A DNA stretch of 25,873 nucleotides, from positions 1 through 25,873 of the IMG/VR virus record IMGVR_UViG_3300044798_000623, one strand, 5' to 3'. Below are positions 1 to 6,945 of this stretch, piece by piece; within the stretch, counting starts at the first letter, position 1, and every line of letters begins with the position of its first letter. Origin of the DNA: a virus (lineage: Duplodnaviria > Caudoviricetes). The position numbers were made by a program, and so were the translations under genes. The notes under the pieces are model-generated. The model had not been told where the DNA came from and searched no databases. It saw only the letters and a program-made list of their open reading frames with translations.

Positions 1-564
1 TTGGGAACGCACTATATGGAAGAACCGCATGGAGATAAGTCTGCATTACCAACTGGTTTGACAGTTGTCGTACCACCAAGAGAATTGCCTATTGTCCAGA
101 CAGATGTAAAGCAAGCTGAAGCTAAAGTTGAGGCTGAAGCGTCTGAAAAGAAGTTTGAAGACAAAATGACAGAATTGGAAGAGCGATTAGAGGCTTCTGA
201 AAGTGCATTGAAAAAGTCAAAGGAAGAAACTGCGAAAGCAAAAGAGCCAAAAGCGGAAACACCTGAAGCTAAACAGGACAGAGAGTACAAGGAAAAGGCA
301 TTGATAATAGCAAAAGACAGGTCTGCAAAAATGCGCGCAAGAAAAGAAAAGGCAAGACTGAAAGCAGAAGCAGAAAGAGAAAAGGACAGATTGTTCACTA
401 AGGCTGGCAAAAAGGGAGCGAAGGCTGGCATTGAATTAGCTGATAGGGTGTTTCCAAAAGCAGAAGAAGAGACATTGGAAGGAGCAAAAGAATATGGCAA
501 AGAAGGACTATTGATAAAGAGGCAAGCAAGTTGGCGCAAAAAAGCCCACGTTGATGGTCGCTGA
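1..564 (+). CDS. hypothetical Lys/Glu-rich coiled-coil protein (probably 5'-truncated by the window edge)
   Basis: Open from base 1, strongly purine-skewed coding strand, heptad-like K/E/A composition; no family recognised. Confidence 0.6.
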   Translation: MGTHYMEEPHGDKSALPTGLTVVVPPRELPIVQTDVKQAEAKVEAEASEKKFEDKMTELEERLEASESALKKSKEETAKAKEPKAETPEAKQDREYKEKALIIAKDRSAKMRARKEKARLKAEAEREKDRLFTKAGKKGAKAGIELADRVFPKAEEETLEGAKEYGKEGLLIKRQASWRKKAHVDGR

Positions 565-582
565 CCACACTCCGAGGAGTGG
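555..582 (+). repeat. double-hairpin module, copy A
   Basis: TGGTC-GCT-GACCA then CACTCC-GA-GGAGTG-G; overlaps the TGA stop of ORF 1..564; homologous to 929..960. Confidence 0.7.
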
Positions 583-702
583 AGGCTTGTAGAATAAATC
601 ATCCTCAAAAGGACACTCTATGAATAAGACACCCAGAGGGGTGGAAAAAGAGAGGCGTGATTTAATTCACGCCATATTTCTTCCAGAAAAGTTGGTGATA
701 AT

Positions 703-786
703 ATGGCAAAAGGCAAACGCAAGAGCAAGAAGAACGTCTTGCATGGAAAGGGCAATCCCTTTGAAAAAGGCGCATTAGGGAAGTGA
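703..786 (+). CDS. 27-aa basic peptide MAKGKRKSKKNVLHGKGNPFEKGALGK
   Basis: GGTGA Shine-Dalgarno-like motif just upstream of the ATG; TGA at 784-786; below the ORF-track cutoff. Confidence 0.45.
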   Translation: MAKGKRKSKKNVLHGKGNPFEKGALGK

Positions 787-1009
787 CAAGCGCATGTCTG
801 AGCATACACATATGGGGTGGGCACAGGCATGCACTTGTGGTGTGACTTGGCGAGAAAATCTTGGGGTGTAATGTGGTGACTTGACACCCACCGCGTTTGG
901 AGTCATCGCGGAAGTGCCCTGAGAATGTTGGTCTATGACCACACTCCCGCAAGGGAGTGGGCGCGGAATACGCTACATGTACTCCTCGGAGTACTGCCCA
1001 CCTCATTTT
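786..1009 (+). ncRNA. candidate structured non-coding RNA of unknown family
   Basis: Stems 786-800/824-838, 864-869/884-889, 891-895/907-911, 929-933/937-941, 942-948/953-959 (GCAA tetraloop), 979-985/988-994; long-range 812-823/995-1006; ends in TTTT. Confidence 0.5.
929..960 (+). repeat. double-hairpin module, copy B
   Basis: TGGTC-TAT-GACCA then CACTCCC-GCAA-GGGAGTG-G; stems conserved and loops changed relative to 555..582. Confidence 0.7.
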
Positions 1010-1325
1010 AAAAATCGCTTGCGTAGCTTACAGCTTGCCTTTCTTCAATTCCATTAGATAAACTCAAACCCTTTTGATAAACAAGATGATGGTACAATTC
1101 GTGAAGGACAGTTCGCTTCTTCAATCCTCTCTTTGTGAAGTAAGCCTTATTCTTGTGGTACAAGGCTATGTTGTGCTTCCCTACTTTTCTGCCATTGAGA
1201 ATAATTTTCATCCTTCTAATGCCGTAATACTCGGTCAAGAAATCCACGGCTTTTTGGCAGCCCTCAAGCTCATAGATGATTAGGAACCTCTCACGTATCC
1301 GCTTTGGGGGAATGCGGATGCGCAT
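1008..1325 (-). CDS. small zincin-like metallopeptidase (HEXXH; ImmA/IrrE/SprT-like)
   Basis: TVLHELYHH motif plus downstream EExxA; starts 9 bp after the cas1 stop. Confidence 0.7.
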   Translation of the reverse strand: MRIRIPPKRIRERFLIIYELEGCQKAVDFLTEYYGIRRMKIILNGRKVGKHNIALYHKNKAYFTKRGLKKRTVLHELYHHLVYQKGLSLSNGIEERQAVSYASDF

Positions 1326-1334
1326 AAGGACACC

Positions 1335-2369
1335 TTACAGTTTTACTATCCTTGGTTCCCAATGCGTCTTTTCCCCTCTCAGATATTTTGCGAGTAGGAG
1401 TGCTTCCTCATTTATCAGGGATTCAACCTCTTGCCTTTTCCCTCTTTTGACATTCGGTATGTCAACTGTACTTCTGAAATAATCATGCAGCCCGTGTGTT
1501 AGCTCGCTCAGTTTTGTTTTGTTTAGAAACATTCTTTTGCCCTTCTTGTCGTTGAACATTATAGTTGTAGCCGTGAAGTCTTTAGGTTTCATTGTCTTGG
1601 AAAACCCAATCACAAAGTTATCTATCAGGTATCTGTAAAGCTCTTCAAAGTCACATACCAAGCTCGGTCTGCCAAACCGTAAAACATGCACAAATCCGAG
1701 ATGAGTTTCTAAGTGAGCTTTGGATAAGGCTCTGTAACATTTCCAAAAGAGTAACTCATACGCTAAATTGAACAGGTTGTTAATCCCGTCATAAGCTTGG
1801 AAACCAAGACGCCTGTCTGGTCTTAGCCCATAAGGGAACAGCTGGAAGATTTGCTCGAAATAGTTTCTGGTAAATCTGCCTTCAATGTTGGTCAGCTTTT
1901 TCCTTAACAGAGCTAAATCGGTAGTGCCTGCACCATTTATTGCTTCTTTAGCTCTCATTAGGTCATGTTGTCTTAAGCCGTATTTCTTCAGTACTTGGTT
2001 TTGACTGAGAATTTTCGTAGTTACGATGTGTTTAGCGATGTCTATCCCTTTGCCGTTCTTGAGCGCTTCATACTGACTTATTCTTGTCGTAACGTGGCTA
2101 TCATCATCCAAATTCCTTAGCTCTGCTATCGGTCTGCCGTTCCGCGTTGCTATGAGAACGTCTATGCCCCAGAATCCTAATGCGCTCAATGCTCCAGTGC
2201 TGACCATGTTACCGCTTGTTAAGACAATTTCGCCTATTTCGGACTCAAACAGCGGATACTTCTGTTCATTCTTTTCTTTGTCTCTCAGGACTATGCATCC
2301 ATTATGCATTACCAAATAGTTCCCGAACGTATCCACTACCAAGTTGACTACCTTGCTTCTCCTTCCCAT
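1335..2369 (-). CDS. cas1: Cas1 endonuclease/integrase, solo (casposase-like)
   Basis: Cas1 N-terminal beta domain (VSTGAL...GIDV), catalytic motifs NIEG, N.LFNLAY, GFVH, SLVCDFEELYR. Confidence 0.95.
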   Translation of the reverse strand: MGRRSKVVNLVVDTFGNYLVMHNGCIVLRDKEKNEQKYPLFESEIGEIVLTSGNMVSTGALSALGFWGIDVLIATRNGRPIAELRNLDDDSHVTTRISQYEALKNGKGIDIAKHIVTTKILSQNQVLKKYGLRQHDLMRAKEAINGAGTTDLALLRKKLTNIEGRFTRNYFEQIFQLFPYGLRPDRRLGFQAYDGINNLFNLAYELLFWKCYRALSKAHLETHLGFVHVLRFGRPSLVCDFEELYRYLIDNFVIGFSKTMKPKDFTATTIMFNDKKGKRMFLNKTKLSELTHGLHDYFRSTVDIPNVKRGKRQEVESLINEEALLLAKYLRGEKTHWEPRIVKL

Positions 2370-2476
2370 ACCTCTAAGCCTCGCTATACCAGAAGGGCTA
2401 ACTACCTAATTTGGGTTTCTTATTCAAAAAGAGGAGCAGAAAGCAGGCTTTCCCTAAATTGAGGCTTAGAGATACG
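2367..2476 (-). promoter_or_regulatory. stem-loop sequestering the cas1 ribosome-binding site and AUG
   Basis: On the minus-strand RNA CGUAUCUCUAAGCCUC (2476-2461) pairs with GAGGCUUAGAGGUAUG (2382-2367): 16 bp with two G-U pairs. Confidence 0.6.
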
Positions 2477-2541
2477 AGCACTAACTCGTTTTGCCCACTC
2501 TCCACTCCCCTATTCATAAGGGCTATGCGTACAATTAAGTT

Positions 2542-2859
2542 TTACTTGTACTCTTTGCAGGTGAAACAGTACCACGCTTTGTATTGCTCAATGAACGTTA
2601 GCGCATGATGGCAAGAAGGGCAGATGTTAGAAGGTGGTGGTGGCAAATATGTTCTCTGAGCATCTGCTGGTGGAACATTTGTGTTTGCTCCCAAGTGCTT
2701 TACCAAAGTCGCAAACGCATAAATGCCAGCTATGCCGACTATGCCAACAATCCCAAAAAAGATTGCCGCTTGACCGCCGCCAGCGCCAGCACTTATGAAA
2801 AGAATAAAGGCACAATAGACCAGAACTGCAATTATGCAAAACTTTTCAAGCTGATTCAT
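2542..2859 (-). CDS. small membrane protein with C-terminal zinc ribbon
   Basis: Two hydrophobic helices, Pro-rich linker, CPSC...WYCFTC. Confidence 0.8.
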   Translation of the reverse strand: MNQLEKFCIIAVLVYCAFILFISAGAGGGQAAIFFGIVGIVGIAGIYAFATLVKHLGANTNVPPADAQRTYLPPPPSNICPSCHHALTFIEQYKAWYCFTCKEYK

Positions 2860-3144
2860 TTGCTTGTTCTTCTACAATACCATACTCATTCTCCCAATAA
2901 GATGTTTATGAATGTGAAAGATGTATTTGTGTTAGCAGTTAGCAGTAGTCAGAGTCAAGTAGCACTTCTATATTGCGCCTGAAATCCTCTTGTATTCCTT
3001 AAAACAAGCCTATTCCAAGCCTCATTTACGAAAAGGCAGGTAATTCAGCAGCAGCAGCATTAAAATTTAATCCCAAGAGGGCTTTTGCGAAGTGCCTGCA
3101 ATAGTTGTTGGTTTGGTTTGGATTAATTTTTAATTCCAAAAAAA

Positions 3145-3363
3145 TTATGGTTGTATTGCGTCTGGTAGCTCTGGTTGTGTTTGGTTGAATAGATTATCAG
3201 TTTGGTTCAAGATTGAGCTTTCTATTTTTTTGATTCTGTCTATTTGCGGTATATTAGTGGTTTGGAGTGTTTGTTCTACTGTAACGATAGCGTAATCTAT
3301 AACCACACATGCGAGAATAACGGCAGAAACAACCAACAGCAACGTTGCTACTACTGTCTGCAT
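3145..3363 (-). CDS. small protein with archaeal pilin/archaellin-like N-terminal hydrophobic helix
   Basis: VVATLLLVVSAVILACVV resembles the class III signal peptide hydrophobic region; GGAG/AAGG purine run upstream. Confidence 0.6.
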   Translation of the reverse strand: MQTVVATLLLVVSAVILACVVIDYAIVTVEQTLQTTNIPQIDRIKKIESSILNQTDNLFNQTQPELPDAIQP

Positions 3364-3539
3364 ACTTGCCTTCTCCCTTCCTATAGAATCGCATGGTTTT
3401 ATTCATTCAAATAGGTTGTTCTAATTTCAAAACTGTTTCATTTTCAGTATTAAATCGAAAACTGACTTCCCCAGAAATTTTTCAGTGGGTTTGGTTGGTT
3501 GGATTAAAATTTACCTGAACCAACAGGTGCCGCTTTCAC

Positions 3540-3713
3540 CTAAAGTTTTAACTTCTTAATCAACGCCCTAGTTTTCTCTTGATCTCTCAAAGCTTCCTCA
3601 ATGATGGCGTTCGCAAGCACGTAGATTTTCACGTCATTCAGTATAGCCAGTTTTCTGATCTGCTGATGCAAATCATCACGAATTTCAATTACCGTCCTTC
3701 TATTCTTATCCAC
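3540..3713 (-). CDS. ribbon-helix-helix DNA-binding protein (57 aa, not in the ORF track)
   Basis: GTG start 2 bp after the upstream stop; MDKNRRTVIEIRDDLHQQIRKLAILNDVKIYVLANAIIEEAL fits strand-helix-helix. Confidence 0.75.
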   Translation of the reverse strand: MDKNRRTVIEIRDDLHQQIRKLAILNDVKIYVLANAIIEEALRDQEKTRALIKKLKL

Positions 3714-3715
3714 GC

Positions 3716-5305
3716 TTAACTGGGCCTCGCAAGCTTATACCTACTGAGACTATCGGTTTTACTCCTCAAACTGAACACGTAATCCGCCAGCAGAGGCTGC
3801 TCCTTTCCCAGCTCCAGAAGGGTTTCCATCGTCTGCGTTTTGGCGTCAACATTATATTCAGCGCTTAAGATGCGAAAATCCCCGTTAACATCCTCGTTAG
3901 GCAGAACAGCGTGCACCGTGTCGCCGGGCAACAATGGCGCGTTGCCGTAATCCACAACCGAGCTCCTAAGCGTCAAGCTCTCCGCGGGATCCTTCAAGCT
4001 CGCAAGCAGTGCTTTGGCTCGCGAAGCGCACTCGTCATCGCTCCACAACTCCTCATCCACCTCCACAAGCTCTCTAAGCCCATAGCTGCCCTGGCTACTG
4101 GCGTCTTCCTGTACCGTGGTGTAGCGGCGTCCGCCGAAGAACAAGCCGTCCACCCAAAAGCTGCCCGTGCCAGCCGCGTCAAACCAGCACACCACCCGCA
4201 CCTTCTTGACATGTGTCCAGTCGAAGCCGCTCTCAACCTGCCACAAATCAGCGTTAGCAGCGCCGACTCGCACCTGCGTCTGAAACCACTTCTCATGCCC
4301 AACCGTAAACTCGTGCCACGCACTGCGGTCTGCCCCGTCAAAAAGCGTCAACGTCACATTGCCATTAAAACCAGCCTCTCTGCTAAGCCACAAATTCAAA
4401 ACTGGATAAAGCTCCGCGTCCACCTCCTTGCCCGAGTTAAGCGTGAACAAGCAGCCAGCATAGTTCAAGTTCTGCGCGAACGTTTTGATGCTTCCCGATC
4501 CTTTCACCTTCACTGCGGTGTCGAAGCTAACTGTGCCCGACGTGGCGGTCCAAACGCCGTCCGCAGGCGTCAAACTCTCAGTCCACAAGTCCTTATCCGC
4601 CGGAACGCTCTTGTCAGCCACGCCGTAAACCGCAATCCAGTTCCGCACGCGGTGAACATCCCTGCTGTACTCGCTGATCTCTATTCTCTCGCTTAGGCTT
4701 ACGGCGCTGGCTTTGCTGTTTTTGGGGAAGAACTCGAACTTGCCGTCGGGCGCTACACGAAAATCAAAACCTATAACGCCCGCCTTATCAGCGCTCTCCG
4801 CTATATGCTTCAGCACATCGATGACTGGCGTGTTCTCGTACTCCAACCGCGTGTACGTGGTATCAGTAGCTTCAACAAGCTCCTGGCCACTGCGAACGTG
4901 ACTCAAACCCACATAGTAGTCAAGCAGGTCCTTAACGATCTCTTCGCCCTTCTTGTTCTCGTAGGTCTTCGTCACGACCCTGCGGAACAAGCGCTCGCCC
5001 CAGCATCGCCCGCCTACGCGCACGTAACTCTCCACGGGTGTGGACTCGTACTTGACGCTTTCCACCCTGCACGTGAGCAGCAATGGGCAACTGGCGCCTC
5101 GGCCGACGCTTATGTTGCCGTCCAAGCCAACGTTTATTGGGCTAACGCCGTTGGGACTGTACTTGCCACCCCAGTTCTGCAGCAGCGCCTCGAAACTGCT
5201 CACTTCCCGCGTGCAGCCCAAGTGCACCCTAAGCTCGATCACGTCGCCTTGCGGCGGAGCCACACTGCCAAACGCAATCGCTACTGCAGGCGCGTTCACG
5301 CTCAC
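3716..5305 (-). CDS. tail tip / baseplate hub protein with inserted Trp-rich carbohydrate-binding-like beta-sandwich
   Basis: Follows the tape measure; hub-like segments (GEEIVKDLLDYY, FDFRVAPDGKFEFFP, SQGSYGLRE, LLPGDTV); central domain FDWTHVKKVRV...FWVDGL. Confidence 0.75.
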   Translation of the reverse strand: MSVNAPAVAIAFGSVAPPQGDVIELRVHLGCTREVSSFEALLQNWGGKYSPNGVSPINVGLDGNISVGRGASCPLLLTCRVESVKYESTPVESYVRVGGRCWGERLFRRVVTKTYENKKGEEIVKDLLDYYVGLSHVRSGQELVEATDTTYTRLEYENTPVIDVLKHIAESADKAGVIGFDFRVAPDGKFEFFPKNSKASAVSLSERIEISEYSRDVHRVRNWIAVYGVADKSVPADKDLWTESLTPADGVWTATSGTVSFDTAVKVKGSGSIKTFAQNLNYAGCLFTLNSGKEVDAELYPVLNLWLSREAGFNGNVTLTLFDGADRSAWHEFTVGHEKWFQTQVRVGAANADLWQVESGFDWTHVKKVRVVCWFDAAGTGSFWVDGLFFGGRRYTTVQEDASSQGSYGLRELVEVDEELWSDDECASRAKALLASLKDPAESLTLRSSVVDYGNAPLLPGDTVHAVLPNEDVNGDFRILSAEYNVDAKTQTMETLLELGKEQPLLADYVFSLRSKTDSLSRYKLARPS

Positions 5306-5308
5306 CTG

Positions 5309-5851
5309 TTATTCCACTCCACGCCTGTACAATTCGTCTTCGCCAGCTCGTTGAATGCTGCGAGTACGCGTGGGCATCTCCGCAGCTGTCTCATTAAAGC
5401 TTTGGACGCTTGCGGTTGCCGAGTTCATGCTGTTAGCGAAGCTCCACATAGCCGCGGCTGCAGCCACAATAACCGCGATGCCCACGCCAGTCAAAGCCAA
5501 AAACGTCGCGAAACTGATGTTCAAGCTGTTCTGGATCATGGTGGCGAAGGCTGTCGCGGCGGCATAAACCTTCTGGGCGACGGCAATGCCGGCGCTTGTA
5601 CGCATGAACATGCCCATTACGGTGACAACCATCATGGCGGAATTGAAAGTCCGCGTTTGAGTATCGTTCAGCAAGCCAAACTGGTTAGCGATGTACCCGA
5701 TTGCTGTGCCCGTGGCCCCTATTCCGGCGAGGACGGCGCCTAAGCTCTTCACTCGAGTGGCGAGGCTCTCAGCGTCAGTTTGAATCCTGTTAAATTCTGC
5801 ACTCGCATGATTTACAGCCCTTATGGTGACGGCTATTTCTCTGAAACTCAC
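5309..5851 (-). CDS. very short tape measure-like protein (180 aa)
   Basis: Typical TMP start (EIAVTIRAVNHASAEF), Ala/Gly-rich helices, hydrophobic ALTGVGIAVIVAAAAA segment; sits before the hub gene. Confidence 0.75.
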   Translation of the reverse strand: MSFREIAVTIRAVNHASAEFNRIQTDAESLATRVKSLGAVLAGIGATGTAIGYIANQFGLLNDTQTRTFNSAMMVVTVMGMFMRTSAGIAVAQKVYAAATAFATMIQNSLNISFATFLALTGVGIAVIVAAAAAMWSFANSMNSATASVQSFNETAAEMPTRTRSIQRAGEDELYRRGVE

Positions 5852-6216
5852 AATCCCGCCTCCATTTTGGCCAAATCCAACGCTCCCAACAAAATGCGTT
5901 CAAGTTCGGGTAGATGGGTTTGGACTGCGGGGTTCAGGAAGGGCTTAGCCTGTGCATAGCGAGTGCCGAATTCAACATTAGCCGCGTAAGCGGCTTCTGC
6001 GCCTACTTCCGTGCACCACTCTTGGATTCGGGCGTAAATGGTGCTTCTCAAGTAGCCAGTCCGAGCGGGCACGAGGTGTGTGGCTTCTGTTTTGACGGTT
6101 TCAGCCCACTTCGCCAGTTGCTCGTGCACTTGTCTTTGCATTTCAGTGTCAAAGCGTTTTATTGCTTGCTTGAATTCCTCAGCGCCCGTGAGGTCGCAGT
6201 TGATTTCAACGCTCAT
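5848..6216 (-). CDS. HK97 gp10-like tail completion/neck protein
   Basis: PARTGYLRSTI, YAANVEFGT, AKPFLNPA signature motifs. Confidence 0.9.
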   Translation of the reverse strand: MSVEINCDLTGAEEFKQAIKRFDTEMQRQVHEQLAKWAETVKTEATHLVPARTGYLRSTIYARIQEWCTEVGAEAAYAANVEFGTRYAQAKPFLNPAVQTHLPELERILLGALDLAKMEAGL

Positions 6217-6415
6217 GCTTTTTTGCCTCTTTTTCTGCTTTTTGTCGTTCTTCCTCTGTTTGGCGGTCTAGCTCGTTGAGGATAATGGTGAATTGGTGAA
6301 TGGTTCTGGCTGATTGTTTTGCGAGCTGGTTTGGGGTCCACCCGAATTCTCTGCAGAGGCGGAAGTCTGTGATGGCTGGGTGTGGTTTCTGGCGTCTGAC
6401 GGCGCGGATAAAAAA
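6206..6415 (-). CDS. frameshifted extension (gpGT-like) of the tail assembly chaperone
   Basis: The -1 frame after T TTT TTA reads IRAVRRQKPHPAITDFRLCREFGWTPNQL...; GWTP.QL is typical of gpT-like domains. Confidence 0.75.
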   Translation of the reverse strand, partial: FFIRAVRRQKPHPAITDFRLCREFGWTPNQLAKQSARTIHQFTIILNELDRQTEEERQKAEKEAKKHER

Positions 6416-6741
6416 GCCGTTTCTTCCCTTGTCATGGCGCACAGGTCGTTGACTATCTTGGAGAATAACTCGCCGAGTGGTATGGGGACGCCGTTTTCTT
6501 CGCCTAAGAGTCTTTCCAGCGTTATGGGTGTGTGGAGTGGCTGTTCTTTAAGCGATGCCCATATGGTTTCGGCTTGTATGGCTATGAAGTCGCTGCTGAT
6601 CACTTGTCCTGACACGGCGTGGTATCGTGTGTGTTTCTGGATTATGCGGCTTCGTTTAGCCCACGTGAGCTCTTGGAAAACGTACTTGCCGGCGTATTCT
6701 GCGCCGTATTCGGTTCCGAGGTTAATGGTTTCTCTGCGCAT
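6268..6741 (-). CDS. tail assembly chaperone (gpG-like)
   Basis: Between the tail tube and tape measure genes; contains the slippery heptamer; zero-frame tail after it is low-complexity. Confidence 0.75.
   Translation of the reverse strand: MRRETINLGTEYGAEYAGKYVFQELTWAKRSRIIQKHTRYHAVSGQVISSDFIAIQAETIWASLKEQPLHTPITLERLLGEENGVPIPLGELFSKIVNDLCAMTREETAFLSAPSDARNHTQPSQTSASAENSGGPQTSSQNNQPEPFTNSPLSSTS
6409..6415 (-). promoter_or_regulatory. -1 programmed ribosomal frameshift site T TTT TTA
   Basis: GCT TTT TTA in the chaperone frame gives a canonical X XXY YYZ heptamer. Confidence 0.8.
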
Positions 6742-6931
6742 TCTGAATCATCTCCATCGTGGCGATTCGGTTGCTTATCGCGGTGTTCACGTCTTCGAGG
6801 ATGATTGTCTGCATCCACTTTGGCAGTTTCAGGATGCGTTCGCCGAGCTTTTCCCACGTGCGAATCCATTTCCGTCGCAGTTCTGCTTCTCTGCCGAAGT
6901 TCTCTAAGACCTTAACTTCCACATCGGTCAT
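6722..6931 (-). CDS. hypothetical 69-aa protein in the tail operon
   Basis: GGTGAAAGG ribosome-binding site; fills the gap between tail tube and chaperone genes. Confidence 0.7.
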   Translation of the reverse strand: MTDVEVKVLENFGREAELRRKWIRTWEKLGERILKLPKWMQTIILEDVNTAISNRIATMEMIQNAQRNH

Positions 6932-6945
6932 TGCCTTTCACCCGC

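Larger units (their letters stand above)
1..2510. mobile_element. right-hand part of a putative casposon (Cas1-solo self-synthesizing transposon)
   Basis: Solo cas1 starting 141 bp from a candidate terminus that reads GGGGAGTGG on the minus strand (2510 down); no cas2 or array; polB and the left TIR would lie outside the window and are not seen. Confidence 0.5.

Noticed and set aside
535-546. A-run before hairpin copy A as a -1 frameshift site
   Set aside because: In the ORF frame it reads C AAA AAA, not a canonical X XXY YYZ heptamer
770-1006. RNase P RNA (GGAAGTGCCCTGAGAA resembles a conserved junction)
   Set aside because: Lacks the GAGGAAAGUCC and 3' P4 signature sequences
957-1030. HDV-like ribozyme (TCCTCG loop, GTGGGCG/TGCCCAC as P1)
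   Set aside because: No GG after the P1 3' strand to form P1.1 and no P4 or catalytic-C junction
1-3700. CRISPR array or cas operon near cas1
   Set aside because: No regularly spaced repeats and no cas2, cas4 or effector genes; the two hairpin modules are ~370 bp apart and not identical
3911-5743. Long plus-strand ORFs (261 aa, 312 aa) and other antisense ORFs across the cluster, plus 12..608, 618..887 and 662..1006
   Set aside because: Shadow frames of better-supported genes or of the structured region; no recognisable motifs
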